The notes: generated from the sequence alone by a model not told the origin. Positions 49,978 through 64,000 are shown, numbered from the stretch's first letter. The stretch: 64,000 nucleotides of DNA from Macrostomum lignano (GCA_002269645.1 NIVC01001181.1:248001-312000), one strand, 5' to 3'. Made by a program: numbers and translations.

Positions 49978-50629
49978 GGCTTTGGTTTAAGACAGCTTTT
50001 GTCAGCGACATTCTAAGCATGTTTTTAAGACAAAATTCAGCTTTAATATCATAGCTTATATTTATTTCAACAGCCTAATCCGTGTATAAGTGAAAGATTG
50101 ACTCCATTGATTTTGTCAGGATGTAGTACTTGAAGTATTTCGGATGGCTCAACACTTTCTTCTTTTGTAGTTATTAGCATGATAAATAATAGCGCTGAAA
50201 GCAAACTGCGATTTATGCTTAAATAATAATTATAAGCTGTGTTCTCTTCCAGTTTTGAAATTTAGCAATGCGTAAGCCGTGACTCGACAGTACTACTTGT
50301 TAGCTTAGTAGCTACATTGGTATTTTTTCTACTTTTTTAAATCTATGCAATTTTACATTCCCTTCTATAATAGAGAAATAAGCGCTTGATATGCTACTCA
50401 GCAAGTAGATATGCAATACAACAATTAGAGAAAACTAAATTTAAAGTTGGGTTGCCGAATATCAGTGTATTTTGTTATGTTTCTAAAAATAGGAGTAAAA
50501 AATTAACTAATACGTAATGTAAAGCTAGACAAATTTTCTTGAGAATAAGAGGCCATCCAGGTAATGTAAAGTTTAACGCCAGAATCAAACTTGAAGTGCA
50601 GCTACGGATCAAGCTGTTGCCAATCGATA

Positions 50630-50860
50630 ACGTTTCTAGGAACGGGATGTCTCCAGGCGTTTCTAAGAATGGGATGCCTCTGTGTTTTTAGAAATGGGAA
50701 GTCTTGGTGTTTCTAGGATTTGGATGTCTCGGCGTTTCTAGAAATGGGAAGCTTTGGCGTTTCTAGGAATGGGATGTCTCGGTGTTTCTATGATTGGGAT
50801 ATCGCGGCGTTTCTAGGAATGGGATGTCTGTCTCTGCGTTTCTAAGAATGGGATGTCTCG
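50630..50860. repeat. Degenerate ~25-28-bp tandem repeat TTCTAGGAATGGGATGTCTCGGCGT
   Basis: About 8 copies between CYP-C and CYP-D. Confidence 0.8.
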
Positions 50861-51521
50861 GTCATTCGAGTCATCTGGTTGAAAGTTTCATGAAGCAGAA
50901 TCTTAGCAACAATTTTTGTGAAGCTTCTTTGGATAGCTTGTTACACTGCAAGGTCAGTGGACTATTAAAGGAGATGCTTTGTTTCTTCAGAAAATTTTGT
51001 TGAAAACATTTTGCAGACCCATTGTGTCTTGTAGTTTATTAGTGCATACTGTACTTAGAAGTGACACTAATCTAAGCGAACTGATCGAACAGCTGCACGC
51101 GAAAAAATGGGGGTTAAACTAAAATCATTGAATGGCCTTGAAGAATCTCATGCCCTCTGTTTGTACTCTAGCCTTACAAATAATTACCTTTAGGGGTCGT
51201 TTTTAGCCTCTCGGGACCAGCTTAAGGTCGGAGAAGCGTACTCGAGTACAGGCCTCGGACCATGCAGTGTATTTGAGCGCTCCTAAATCTCTCAGCGTCT
51301 CCAAGGTATATGTAGCTGCGTACATTACGTAAAATCTCAACCCCCCCCCCCCAAGAAACCTGTGCACACACAGCGCTGCATAAGTTCGTGGTACGTTGTA
51401 CATTCGTCAATTGTTTATGCAATATAAAATGCAGATATAAAATTTTCTAAACGTTTAAAAAATAAGACAACAAAAAAACTTTGCCAGCTGTCAAGAAGAC
51501 GAATCTAAAACTCAGCTACAG

Positions 51522-53378
51522 ATGGAAGGAGTCATAGAAATGCTACCGAAATCCTTAGCCAGCCTCCTAGGGGATAATTTCTATACGGTAGCGGCACCAG
51601 CGGCCGCGGGACTTGCCGCGGCGTACATGCTGTACTCTTGGCGACAGGGTCGCGACCTGCCGCCCGGACCCGTAGGCCTGCCCGTGCTAGGACGGTTGCC
51701 ATGGATAAGTCGCAACCAGATGCACCGAAGCATGATGAAGATCTGTCAACAGTACGGCGACATCAGTTCGTTTTACCTTGGCTCGCGACTGGTTATTGTA
51801 GTGAACTCGTACCCGCTGATGAAGGAGATGCTGGACAGTCAGATGTTCTCCGGTAGGCCTCAGCTCCGCCTATTCAAGAAGCTGACCCGCGGCTGCGGCA
51901 TCATCTTCACGGAGGGCGACGTCTGGAATCAACAGCGACGCTTAAGTCTGCGCACTCTACGCGACTTCGGCTTCGCTAGAAAGCGGACGGTGGAGATGGT
52001 AGACGAACAGCTCGATAGCATGTTCAACGGCTTTGACGAGATCGCCGCTCTGTACGAGCCAGTCCAGCTGCTAGAAACCTTCCTACTGGCTTCAAACGCC
52101 ATCGTCGCGGAGATGACGCTTGGACAGAAGTTCGAAGCCGACGATCCAGCTATGAAGCTGGTGAACGCCATTGTCAAGAAGCTGATAGAAGATGGCATCA
52201 TTCAAGGTGTGGAGTTCCTGTTCCCAGCTATGGAACGGCTGGCTGACCTCGTGCCGGCCTCGAGCAGTCTTGTTAGCGACACCGAGCGCCTGCACGACAT
52301 GATTCGGGGCCAGATTCGCAAACGCGAAGCGGTGATGAAAGATGAGAGCGTTGAGCCGCAGTGCCTCTGCGATGCCTACATTAAGGTGAGCTAGTAACAT
52401 CTCGACCTAACGCAATCAATCGATAAAGTTTTCCTGCAGCGAGATTCTCCCGAAACAGAGCTTATATATAACTACTAATGCTTTTTTGGAATTCTCAAAG
52501 ACACATACTTTGATGACACGTTTTGCCCTCTCACAATACTTAGCACAATAGAGAGACCTAACCAGTTACTTTGGATTGCTACAGAAGTTTTCGTGGTCAT
52601 TTTGTAAAGAAGAAGACAAAAAAAACAGCCAGGTATTCGGTTGTTTACTCGAGCGCGTGTCATCATGTCACCCCATATTGCTCGGCTTTGCAACTAATTT
52701 CAGGAGAAGCGCCAAGCTGAGAAGGCTGGCGACTTTGAGACGTTCAAAGAGCACCAAATCATCCGAGTGACCATGGAGTTCTTCCTGGCCGGCACTGACA
52801 CGACCGCCCGATCGATGGAGTGGCTGCTGCTCTACATGGCCTTCTATCCGGAGGTACAGGACCGAGTCCAGAACGAGCTCGACTCCGTCGTCGGTCAATC
52901 GAGGCGTCCACGGATGCAGGACAGGACAGAACTGCACTACACCAGCGCTGTCATCGACGAGACCTACAGAAAGGCCTCGCTGGTCGGTACTGGAGTTTTC
53001 CATCGCTCAGTGGAAGACGCAACCTTCCACGGCTACCGGATCCCGAGCGATGCGATCATCATCCCACTGGTTTACGGCGTCCACCACCGAGCCGAGTACT
53101 GGGAGAGACCGAACGAGTTCTACCCTGAGCACTTTCTCGACGACGAAGGTCGCTACCGGAGCAGTCCGTACCTCATCCCGTTCCTGATTGGTCGGCGTTC
53201 TTGCGTTGGCGAGTCTCTGGCGCGAATGGAGATTTTCCTGTTCTTCACGGCCATCATGCAGCGGTACCGGGTGCGGCCGGAGCCGGAGTTCGCCGCCCGC
53301 AAAGAGGAGATCCTCGCTGGATCGATTGGGGCTTTCGTGTTTCCCGGCGACTATCAAGTCACGATGGACCGGCGCTGA
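51522..53378 (+). CDS. Cytochrome P450 (CYP-D), clan 2/CYP2-like, intact, 512 aa
   Basis: Exons 51522-52385 and 52704-53378 (phase 0). PPGP, WNQQRRLSLRTLRDFGF, AGTDTT, ETYR, FLIGRRSCVG. Confidence 0.95.
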
Positions 53379-53861
53379 TGCCAGCTGAATCAGAGCTTGA
53401 CCATAGTGAAAACTGTCACGGTCTGTCTAAAGAGCAAACTGCTATAGTTTATTCTATCTTTTTATACGGAAGCACATTAGCCGAGTAACCGATACAATGG
53501 TTTTAACTGGCTAAGTATAAAAATCTGAAGAGTAACTTTAGAGCTTACGAGATATTTATAAGAGTTAATTGATAATTGTAATTCAGTGTATTTTTGTGTA
53601 ATCGTGTCCTCCCAGACAAAATAGAGATATCTTTTATGCTTTTTTTGTTCTTTAACTTTTAACTCCCTGACAGATAGACATAAAATAAATTCAGATCGAC
53701 GTTTTACAGTCGAAAACTGACACTACAGCCTATGATCATATGGTTCAAAAATGGTAAGTAGCCTACTCTTAGTAGCGCATCGCGTGCGCTTTCGTTTCGA
53801 AGCAAAAGGGTTAGCTATTTCTAATAACCACAAGTATTGCATTAATATTATCTACACAACA

Positions 53862-53990
53862 GTCTCCTCCTCTATCCGCTGTCTCCTCATCTATCCGCTG
53901 TCTCCTCCTCTATCCGCTGTCTCCTCCTCCTCTCCGCTGTCCTCTTTCTCAACACTCTCCCCACTCCCTCTATCCCTCATATTTACTCCT
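53862..53990. repeat. Short pyrimidine-rich tandem repeat (TCTCCTCCTCTATCCGCTG)
   Basis: 3-4 copies visible. Confidence 0.75.
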
Positions 53991-54339
53991 TCAGCTCAAA
54001 AACGTTCATTATAAACAACGCTATTCTAATTTCTAGTACTGCGTACTACTTTTCAATCGGATTCTTTCTGTTTGTCCCGCCCCTTCAGAACTTTCCTTGT
54101 TTTTCTGTCTCCCACAAACTCCCCCACCCCTAAACCGACCCAACTTACTTCAGTTCGCCAGTCCAAAAAGTCGCACAGAATGCAGAACCGGAAATCCCCC
54201 CGGGAGAGAAATGAGGCACAACTTGCAATCGTAGTAGCAATATTTTCGCTTCAAAACTTCTAGTGCACAGAAGAGCCAATTAGCGAAATAATTTTACCCT
54301 CCTAGTTTAGAGTCTTTTTTAATCAGTCTCCAAGTCTCT

Positions 54340-56962
54340 AGACCGATTCAAATACAGACTTAGAAACCGATTCAAATACAGACTGTAGCGACAGATTCAA
54401 ATACAGACTTACAGACAGATTCAAATACAGACTGTAGCGATAGATTCAAATACAAACTTAGAGACCGATTCAAATACAGACTTACAGACAGATTCAAATA
54501 CAGACTGTAGCGATAGATTCAAATACAGACTTAGAGACCGATTCAAATACAGACTTACAGACAGATTCAAATACAGACTTAGAAACCGATTCAAATACAG
54601 ACTTACAGACAGATTCAAATACAGACTTAGAAACCGATTCAAATACAGACTTAGAGACCGATTCAAATACAGACTGTAGCGACAGATTCAAATACAGACT
54701 TACAGACAGATTCAAATACAGACTGTAGCGATAGATTCAAATACAGACTTAGAGACCGATTCAAATACAGACTTAGAGACCGATTCAAATACAGACTTAG
54801 AGACTGATTCAAATACAGACTTACAGACAGATTCAAATACAGACTTAGAAACCGATTCAAATACAGACTTAGAGACCGATTCAAATACAGACTGTAGCGA
54901 CAGATTCAAATACAGACTTAGAGACCGATTCAAATACAGACTTAGTGACCGATTCAAATACAGACTGTAGCGACAGATTCAAATACAGACTTACAGACAG
55001 AGACAGATTCAAATACAGACTGTAGCGATAGATTCAAATACAGACTGTAGCGATAGATTCAAATACAGACTTAGAGACCGATTCAAATACAGACTGTAGC
55101 GATAGATTCAAATACAGACTTAGAGACAGATTCAAATACAGACTAAGATACCAATTCAAATACAGACTAAGATACCGATTCAAATACAGACTGTAGCGAT
55201 AGATTCAAATACAGACTTAGAGACCGATTCAAATACAAACTGTAGCGATAGATTCAAATACAGACTTAGAGACCGATTCAAATACAGACTTAGAGACAGA
55301 TTCAAATACAGACTATAGCGATAGATTCAAATACAGATATACAGACCGATTCAAATACAGACTTACAGACAGATTCAAATACAGACTTAGAGACAGATTC
55401 AAATACAGACTTAGAGACCGATTCAAATACAGACTGTAGCGATAGGTTCAAATACAGACTTAGAGACCGATTTAAATACAGACTTAGAGACCGATTCAAA
55501 TACAGACTGTAGCGATAGGTTCAAATACAGACTTAGAGACCGATTCAAATACAGACTTAGAGACCGATTCAAATACAGACTTAGAGACCGATTCAAATAC
55601 AGACTGTAGCGATAGGTTCAAATACAGACTTAGAGACCGATTCAAATACAGACTTAGAGACCGATTTAAATACAGACTTAGAAACCGATTCAAATACAGA
55701 CTGTAGCGATAGATTCAAATACAGATTTAGAGACAGATTCAAATACAGACTAAGATACCGATTCAAATACAGACTAAGATACCGATTCAAATACAAACTG
55801 TAGCGATAGATTCAAATACAGACTTAGAGACCGATTCAAATACAGACTTAGAGACCGATTCAAATACAGACTTAGAGACCGATTCAAATACAGACTGTAG
55901 CGATAGATTCAAATACAGACTTAGAGACCGATTCAAATACAGACTTAGAGACCGATTCAAATACAGATTTAGAAACCGATTCAAATACAGACTGTAGCGA
56001 TAGATTCAAATACAGATTTAGAGACAGATTCAAATACAGACTAAGATACCGATTCAAATACAGACTTACAGACAGATTCAAATACAGACTAAGATACCGA
56101 TTCAAATACAAACTGTAGCGATAGATTCAAATACAGACTTAGAGACCGATTCAAATACAGACTTAGAGACCGATTCAAATACAGACTTAGAGACCGATTC
56201 AAATACAGACTTAGAGACCGATTCAAATACAGACTTAGAGACCGATTCAAATACAGACTTACAGACAGGTTCAAATACAGACTTAGAGACCGATTCAAAT
56301 ACAGACTTAGAGACAGATTCAAATACAGACTGAGACAGATTCAAATACAGACTTAGAGACCGATTCAAATACAGACTTAGAGACCGATTCAAATACAGAC
56401 TGTAGCGATAGGTTCAAATACAGACTTAGAGACGGATTCAAATACAGATTTAGAGACAGATTCAAATACAGACTGTAGCGATAGATTCAAATACAGATAT
56501 ACAGACCGATTCAAATACAGACTTACAGACAGATTCAAATACAGACTTAGAGACAGATTCAAATACAGACTTAGAGACCGATTCAAATACAGACTGTAGC
56601 GATAGGTTCAAATACAGACTTAGAGACCGATTTAAATACAGACTTAGAGACCGATTCAAATACAGACTGTAGCGATAGGTTCAAATACAGACTTAGAGAC
56701 CGATTCAAATACAGACTTAGAGACCGATTCAAATACAGACTTAGAGACCGATTCAAATACAGACTGTAGCGATAGGTTCAAATACAGACTTAGAGACCGA
56801 TTCAAATACAGACTGTAGCGATATATTCAAATACAGACTTAGAGACCGATTCAAATACAGACTGTAGCGATAGGTTCAAATACAGACTTAGAGACCGATT
56901 CAAATACAGACTGTAGCGATATATTCAAATACAGACTTAGAGACAGGTTCAAATACAGACTT
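54340..56962. repeat. Minisatellite, 24/25-bp units GATTCAAATACAGACTTAGAGACC / GATTCAAATACAGACTGTAGCGATA
   Basis: Roughly 100+ tandem units between CYP-D and CYP-E. Confidence 0.96.
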
Positions 56963-57969
56963 TATTTGAATCAATCGCGAAAACTCTGTTTGAATCGCGA
57001 ATAAATTTGCTCTCATTTCATGCCAGAAGAAAGTGTCGTATTTTAAGTGCAAATGCAAATGCAATGCAAATGCAAAAGTGCAAGCTCTGATTCCGTGCCA
57101 TTTGCACTAAATAATCTCCCTCATAGCCACAGGCTCCACAGCTCCAAATGCAGAGGTCACCGAGTTCAGAAAAGTGTAGACTAGCTCTGCCGTAAAAAAG
57201 CCCCTAAAAACCACATAAAAGCCCGGCGCAGCTGGTTTCTCTCACCGCAGTAAACAGCTTCCCAGAAGGTGAGAAACACTACAACCATTGTTTACTGAGG
57301 GCCCGACCTGTAGCACCCGCCCCTCCCCCACCCCAGAGGTCTAAAAACTGATTCTGTACCGGATTTGTATCGGGCGTGACCCTGCACCGCTTGCAGTTAG
57401 TTAGCTTTCTAGCATGCAGAGAGCAGTGAACTGGCCTTGCGGGGCCGCGTGAGAGACAGAGAATTCAGGGCATACTACGAATGCTTGGCAGCAGAGTATA
57501 ATAGGTGTTATGCAGAGAATTAGTGACAGGGGTTTTACCCTGGGTCGTCCCCTTCACCCTCGCCTCTCAATTCACAATGCAGTGCGGCTTAAGTGCACTA
57601 AAGGGTGGGGCATTATTCAGGTCTCAAAACTGTCAACTCTCAAAAATACCTAAATGACAGGTTCGCAATTCTGCAAGCAAACTACAGCTAGACTCAATGA
57701 CTCAACACATGTGGACCCTGGAAGGTCAGCGCAACTGAATCCACGGGTCTTCTTCAATGGCTATTTACTTAAAGCCTGTAATTGCACCCATATAATTTCT
57801 TAGAAAAGTCTTCATACTGGCATGAAAGCTCCTAATTGTAGCTCTAAAACATGTGATATGGTATGAAATGGCAAATTATTTTATTATTGATACTAATAAG
57901 CACAGATTATAACTATACTCTTACGACAGACGCGGACAAACCCTGCTAATTATCACTTTGTATTTTTAT

Positions 57970-58121
57970 TTAGTGACCAGTGTAACTTGGTATCTGGACA
58001 ATTGAACTCATATTTTAGGCTTAGTGACCAGTGTAACTTGGCATCTGGACAATTGAACTCGTATTTTAGGCTTAGTGACCAGTGTAACTTGGCATCTGGA
58101 CAATTGAACTCGTATTTTAGG
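57970..58121. repeat. Three tandem copies of a 51-bp unit (TTAGTGACCAGTGTAACTTGGCATCTGGACAATTGAACTCGTATTTTAGGC)
   Basis: Near-identical copies with no spacers. Confidence 0.9.
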
Positions 58122-59687
58122 TCTTTTGACCTCTTGTGTCTGCCGTTCATAAAAACTACTCGCATGTCATTCTGTGTAATTTCATATGAATACCAGCTAC
58201 TCTATCTTGCTTCTTCTATCTCACAAGCTCACACTACACCTCTGCAAGGCGGGGACAGTTAAAAAGACAGCCCTGGATATGTCCAAGCGTACTTTAATAA
58301 AAGCAAGTGCTTTCTAACTAGCTCATTTAAGCCTCTCTGTCTCTCTCTACCTGTCTCTCTCGCTTCGACAAACTAAACAGCCATGGAATGCGAAAACTAT
58401 TTCTATTGGCATGGAATTTAGCTTAGCTATTAAACAATACAGCAACCCAAGGTATAAGAGGTGCTGTTGATGACGCTGCAGGCAGCCGGTGGGTGGAAAT
58501 AGGTGCACATTCGTTGTAGGTTTTTGTTTTGTTAGTTGTTATTGTTGTGGTTGTTTTTGCTTATGTTGCAGATAGATCTTGGGAAAATGTTTCTGCAAGT
58601 AGTTACTATAAATCAAGATGGACTATGTTTTAGTACTCCATGACTCAGAGTTCGAGTACGTACAATATTATACTGAAGTATTTAAAATGCGCTTGAGGAG
58701 TATATAGAGAAGTCTGGGTAAGAAAGAAAGACAGGGAGAGGGAGAGGAAAGAGGAGAGCTGAATCCTTATCGTTCCAGGGTTATTGACATGACGCGACTG
58801 GCGGAGGGGCGAGCCGAGTTCAAGTGTCTGACAACTGCCCCAAAAGTTCACTTTGCATATCATTTTTAGCCTTTTGCACTTAGGCGACTCGTCTGAACCT
58901 GTTGCACTTTTGCCTCTCGAACTTATGCACTGCTCAAATTTCCTCCAAGTGCTCAATTCAAGATCATTTTACTTTTGAGACGGGTTACCAACATAGATCA
59001 GAAATGGAAGACTAGCTAGGGAAGTTGTGAAGCTTGGAAATTGTGATGTCGAGTGTAAATTGTTAGAGTTGTGAAATTTCACAATTGTGAAAAAATTTAG
59101 GCTTAAAAATCTAGGCAAGTTTCTACTGAATCTGCAGGGATTAATAATATTGCGCAGATTTTGTTATAAACAGCTGGTTTTAGAAAAAGAAAGCCTATGC
59201 CTGTAGCAGAAAATGAAAAATGATTAAAAAGTGCGCGCGAACTCGCAGGCGGCCTCTTTCAGGAGGGAACAACCTCCTTTCCACTAAGGGGGAAGAGTTA
59301 GGGCAGGGTGAAGCTCACAGTGAAGTAACGAGGCTCCGGGCTGTGCCGTACGTTTGTACAGCAAAGCGGATTTCGTATATGATATTACTCGTACCTTCGG
59401 TCAAGCCGTCTGACCTTAAACCTTAAATTAGTAAGCCTACTGGACTGGCTTTCAGTGGTGATGGTGTTGAATGGGATAAATAGGTATAAGGTCAAAAAGC
59501 CACGAATTCAGGGTCTAGAGACACAAGAATTCTGTTGTCTGTACTAGAGGACGGTATTGGCCTCACACAGCAAGTTATTGCTAGTATTCGTTTGGAAATG
59601 TTGTGCTTTCTGACGATTTTTCATTGATTTTTATGACAAGCTTCTAGCGGCTTTTTAGCCAAGTCAAGCTCCTAGTCAATTACATGT

Positions 59688-61725
59688 AGTGGCTATTCTA
59701 GTAGTCAATTAGTGGCTATTCTAGTAGTCAATTAGTGGCTATTCTAGTAGTCAATTAGTGGCTATTCTAGTAGTCAATTAGTGGCTTTTCTAGTAGTCAA
59801 TTAGTGGCTATTCTAGTAGTCAATTAGTGGCTTTTCTAGTAGTCAATTAGTGGCTTTTCTAGTAGTCAATTAGTGGCTTTTCTAGTAGTCAATTAGTGGC
59901 TTTTCTAGTAGTCAATTAGTGGCTTTTCTAGTAGTCATTCAGCGGCTTTTCTAGTAGTCATTTAGTGGCTTTTCTAGTAGTCAATTAGTGGCTTTTCTAG
60001 TAGTCATTCAGTGGCTTTTCTAGTAGTCAATTAGTGGCTTTTCTAGTAGTCAATTAGTGGCTTTTCTAGTAGTCAATTAGTGGCTTTTCTAGTAGTCATT
60101 CAGTGGCTTTTCTAGTAGTCAATTAGTGGCTTTTCTAGTAGTCAATTAGTGGCTTTTCTAGTAGTCATTCAGTGGCTTTTCTAGTAGTCATTCAGTGGCT
60201 TTTCTAGTAGTCAATTAGTGGCTATTCTAGTAGTCAATTAGTGGCTTTTCTAGTAGTCAATTAGTGGCTTTTCTAGTAGTCAATTAGTGGCTTTTCTAGT
60301 AGTCAATTAGTGGCTTTTCTAGTAGTCATTCAGTGGCTTTTCTAGTAGTCAATTAGTGGCTATTCTAGTAGTCAATTAGTGGCTTTTCTAGTAGTCAATT
60401 AGTGGCTTTTCTAGTAGTCAATTAGTGGCTTTTCTAGTAGTCAATTAGTGGCTTTTCTAGTAGTCAATTAGTGGCTTTTCTAGTAGTCATTCAGTGGCTT
60501 TTCTAGTAGTCAATTAGTGGCTTTTCTAGTAGTCAATTAGTGGCTTTTCTAGTAGTCATTCAGTGGCTTTTCTAGTAGTCATTCAGTGGCTTTTCTAGTA
60601 GTCAATTAGTGGCTATTCTAGTAGTCAATTAGTGGCTTTTCTAGTAGTCAATTAGTGGCTTTTCTAGTAGTCAATTAGTGGCTTTTCTAGTAGTCAATTA
60701 GTGGCTTTTCTATTAGTCATTCAGTGGCTTTTCTAGTAGTCAATTAGTGGCTATTCTAGTAGTCAATTAGTGGCTTTTCTAGTAGTCAATTAGTGGCTTT
60801 TCTAGTAGTCAATTAGTGGCTTTTCTAGTAGTCAATTAGTGGCTTTTCTAGTAGTCAATTAGTGGCTTTTCTAGTAGTCATTCAGTGGCTTTTCTAGTAG
60901 TCATTTAGTGGCTTTTCTAGTAGTCATTCAGTGGCTTTTCTAGTAGTCATTCAGTGGCTTTTCTAGTAGTCAATTAGTGGATTTTCTAGTAGTCAATTAG
61001 TGGCTTTTCTAGTAGTCAATTAGTGGCTATTCTAGTAGTCAATTAGTGGCTTTTCTAGTAGTCAATTAGTGGCTTTTCTAGTAGTCATTCAGTGGCTTTT
61101 CTAGTAGTCATTCAGTGGCTTTTCTAGTAGTCAATTAGTGGCTATTCTAGTAGTCAATTAGTGGCTTTTCTAGTAGTCATTCAGTGGCTTTTCTAGTAGT
61201 CATTTAGTGGCTTTTCTAGTAGTCAATTAGTGGCTTTTCTAGTAGTCATTCAGTGGCTTTTCTAGTAGTCAATTAGTGGCTTTTCTAGTAGTCAATTAGT
61301 GGCTTTTCTAGTAGTCAATTAGTGGCTTTTCTAGTAGTCATTCAGTGGCTTTTCTAGTAGTCAATTAGTGGCTTTTCTAGTAGTCATTCAGTGGCTTTTC
61401 TAGTAGTCATTCAGTGGCTTTTCTAGTAGTCATTTAGTGGCTTTTCTAGTAGTCAATTAGTGGCTTTTCTAGTAGTCATTCAGTGGCTTTTCTAGTAGTC
61501 AATTAGTGGCTTTTCTAGTAGTCAATTAGTGGCTTTTCTAGTAGTCAATTAGTGGCTTTTCTAGTAGTCATTCAGTGGCTTTTCTAGTAGTCAATTAGTG
61601 GCTTTTCTAGTAGTCATTCAGTGGCTTTTCTAGTAGTCATTCAGTGGCTTTTCTAGTAGTCATTTAGTGGCTTTTCTAGTAGTCAATTAGTGGCTTTTCT
61701 AGTAGTCATTTAGTGGCTTTTCTAG
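59688..61725. repeat. Minisatellite, 23-bp unit GTGGCTTTTCTAGTAGTCAATTA with CATTCA/CATTTA variants
   Basis: About 88 units ending ~570 bp upstream of CYP-E. Confidence 0.97.
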
Positions 61726-62293
61726 GGGACAATGAGCGGTTTTTAGCAAAAGTGATCCAGACTGAACTCTAGTTGCCGTACCGTCTCATTTAAATGGAAA
61801 CAAATTATTTAAGAAACTAAGATCACGCGATTAAACATATTGACTGTTTTTTACACTACTCCGCTGCAGTCGCACTCTACAAGGTTACATTGTCTAGTCT
61901 AATTCAGAATCGTTTTGGGAAACGAATTAATTTCAGCATAGATTCTTCCATTTTTCTTGTCTGCGGTATTTGCGCCCTGAGCTTGTGTGAATAAACTTGA
62001 CGAACCCATGCAGCAGCATTGCGCAAATACTCGCTGCGTAAGCGCGGTTAGACAGACGCAGATATAAAAATAGCACCCTGTCGAGAGCTCTCTTTGGCAA
62101 ACACAATTGGCTAAAAAGCTAAGGCACAACTGGCCACCCGCAGACACACACCGGTTGGCTGGGAGTCCCCCCCCCCCTTAACCCGAGGACTATCTAATGA
62201 AGGACAACCGCCGCTCCGCTAGACAGTAACCGCTCCCTTTACGCCTTCGTCTGTTCGCCATCTAATAAGACAGCCTACATAAGCCAAACTGCA

Positions 62294-63978
62294 ATGCAAC
62301 CGCATCGCCAACTGTTCGCCGACTGGCTGCACTGGACGCTGGCGGTCACCGGCTTGGCTTCGAGTTCGACGTCCAGCAGTTCGACAATGTGCTCGGCAGC
62401 TACGGCGATGGTAGCCGTGGCAGCCGCCGCCGCCGCCTACGCAGCCTACTGCAGCTGGAGGCGAGCTCGCGACCTGCCGCCCGGGCCTGTCGGGGTGCCG
62501 CTGCTGGGGCGACTGCCCTGGGCCGACGCCCTGTGCCTGCACCTGACGATGCAGAAGGAATGCCAGAAGTACGGCGACTTGTGCTCGTTCTATCTGGGCG
62601 GCCGACTGTTTGTGGTAGTGAACTCCTATCCGCTGATGAAGGAGATGCTGGACGACCCGGTGTTTGCGGGCAGGCCAAGACTGCGCCTGTTTGAGAAGAT
62701 GACCAGGAACTGTGGCATATTTCTAGTCGAAGGCAAAGTCTGGTGCCATCAGAGACGACTGAGTTTGAGGACGCTGCGTGAGATCGGGTTCTCCGGCTCC
62801 AAGGCGGTTGGCATGATCGAGGATCAGCTGGAGCCGCTGCTACAGCAGCTGGACGAGGCAGCGGAGGCTGCGCAGCCGGTGAAAACTCTGGACACATTTC
62901 TGCTGGCCGTAAATTCCGTCATCACCGAGATGACGCTTGGCAGGCGGTTTCACCGCGACGATCCCGACTTCAAGAAGGTGACCAGCCTGATCGCGGCCAC
63001 GCTGGAGTCGGGCATCTCCGAGACCGCCTGCTTTCTGTTCCCGGCCGCCGAGAAGCTGCTGGACATCATACCGATGTCTACGCGGGTGTTTCGCGATGTC
63101 GAATACCTGAACGAGTTCTTTCGCCAGCAGATCCGACTGCGGGAGGCAGCGATGCCGGCTGGGTCCGATGTGCAGCCCACCTGCCTGTGCGATGCGTACA
63201 TCCAGGTGAGACCGCTGGAAGAATTTAGAATTTGGTCCGAAGACCAGCACTAGTATAAAAGTAAACCAATTAGTGCTAAACCATTTCGTAAATTTTACAA
63301 CAGGAGAAGCGCAAGGCTGAGAAGGCTGGCGACTTTGAGACGTTCAAGGAGTTCCAGCTCATCCGAGTGTGCTTCGAGTTCTACCTGGCCGGCACTGACA
63401 CGACCGCCCGATCGATGGAGTGGCTGCTGCTCTACATGGCCTTCTATCCGGAGGTGCAGGACCGAGTCCAGAACGAGCTCGACTCCATCGTCGGTCAATC
63501 GAGGCGTCCACGGATGCAGGACAGGACAGAACTGCACTACACCAGCGCTGTCATCGACGAGACCTACAGAAAAGCTTCGCTGGCTGCCATCGGAGTTTTC
63601 CATCGCTCAGTGGAAGACGCAACCTTCCACGGCTACCGGATCCCGAGCGACGCGATCATCATCCCACTGGTTTACGGCGTCCACCACCGAGCCGAGTACT
63701 GGGAGAGACCGAACGAGTTCTACCCTGAGCACTTTCTCGACGACGAAGGTCGCTACCGGAGCAGTCCGTACCTCATCCCGTTCCTGATTGGTCGGCGTTC
63801 TTGCGTTGGCGAGTCTCTGGCGCGAATGGAGATTGTCCTGTTCTTCACGGCCATCATGCAGCGGTACCGGGTGCGGCCGGCCCCGGAGAGTGCGGCAAAG
63901 AAGGACGACATCCTCAGGGGACACATGGGATCACTGCGAGTGCCCGGAGATTATCGGCTGATTTTCAGTCGTAGATAA
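62294..63978 (+). CDS. Cytochrome P450 (CYP-E), clan 2/CYP2-like, intact (528 aa from ATG 62294; alternative ATG at 62387)
   Basis: Exons 62294-63205 and 63304-63978 (phase 0). PPGP, WCHQRRLSLRTLREIGF, AGTDTT, ETYR, FLIGRRSCVG. Confidence 0.95.
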
Positions 63979-64000
63979 TTTATGAATAATTGCTGCATCT

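Noticed and set aside
57970-58121. CRISPR-like array (also considered for the 54.3-57.0 and 59.7-61.7 kb arrays)
   Set aside because: Units are directly adjacent with no unique spacers, there are no cas genes, and the context is eukaryotic.

Overview
Eukaryotic (metazoan) genomic DNA with GC-rich exons and repeat-filled introns. The style is consistent with a free-living flatworm such as Macrostomum, but that is an inference, not an identification. The left 26 kb holds a large minus-strand ZFYVE26/spastizin (SPG15) orthologue: 17 exons traced here (about 2,300 codons through the FYVE domain), with its C-terminal exons beyond the left edge. It appears to carry an internal DUF547-like domain, and almost every large intron is filled by its own minisatellite. 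Just upstream on the same strand is a 3-exon Salvador (SAV1) gene with two WW domains and a SARAH domain. The 30.6-40.7 kb interval is AT-rich intergenic DNA with transposon relics: a hAT-like MITE with an 8-bp target-site duplication (TSD) nested in a fold-back element, and a LINE 3' end. From 40.8 kb to the right edge is a cluster of five two-exon clan-2 (CYP2-like) cytochrome P450 paralogues, named A-E left to right: A is a clear pseudogene, C has one frameshift, and B, D and E are intact. Their first exons are divergent, except for the closely similar A/B pair. Their 675-nt second exons share long identical nucleotide tracts in a patchwork pattern, with differences concentrated at predicted substrate-recognition sites, which suggests gene-conversion-driven mosaic diversification. 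No tRNA, rRNA or CRISPR array is supported.
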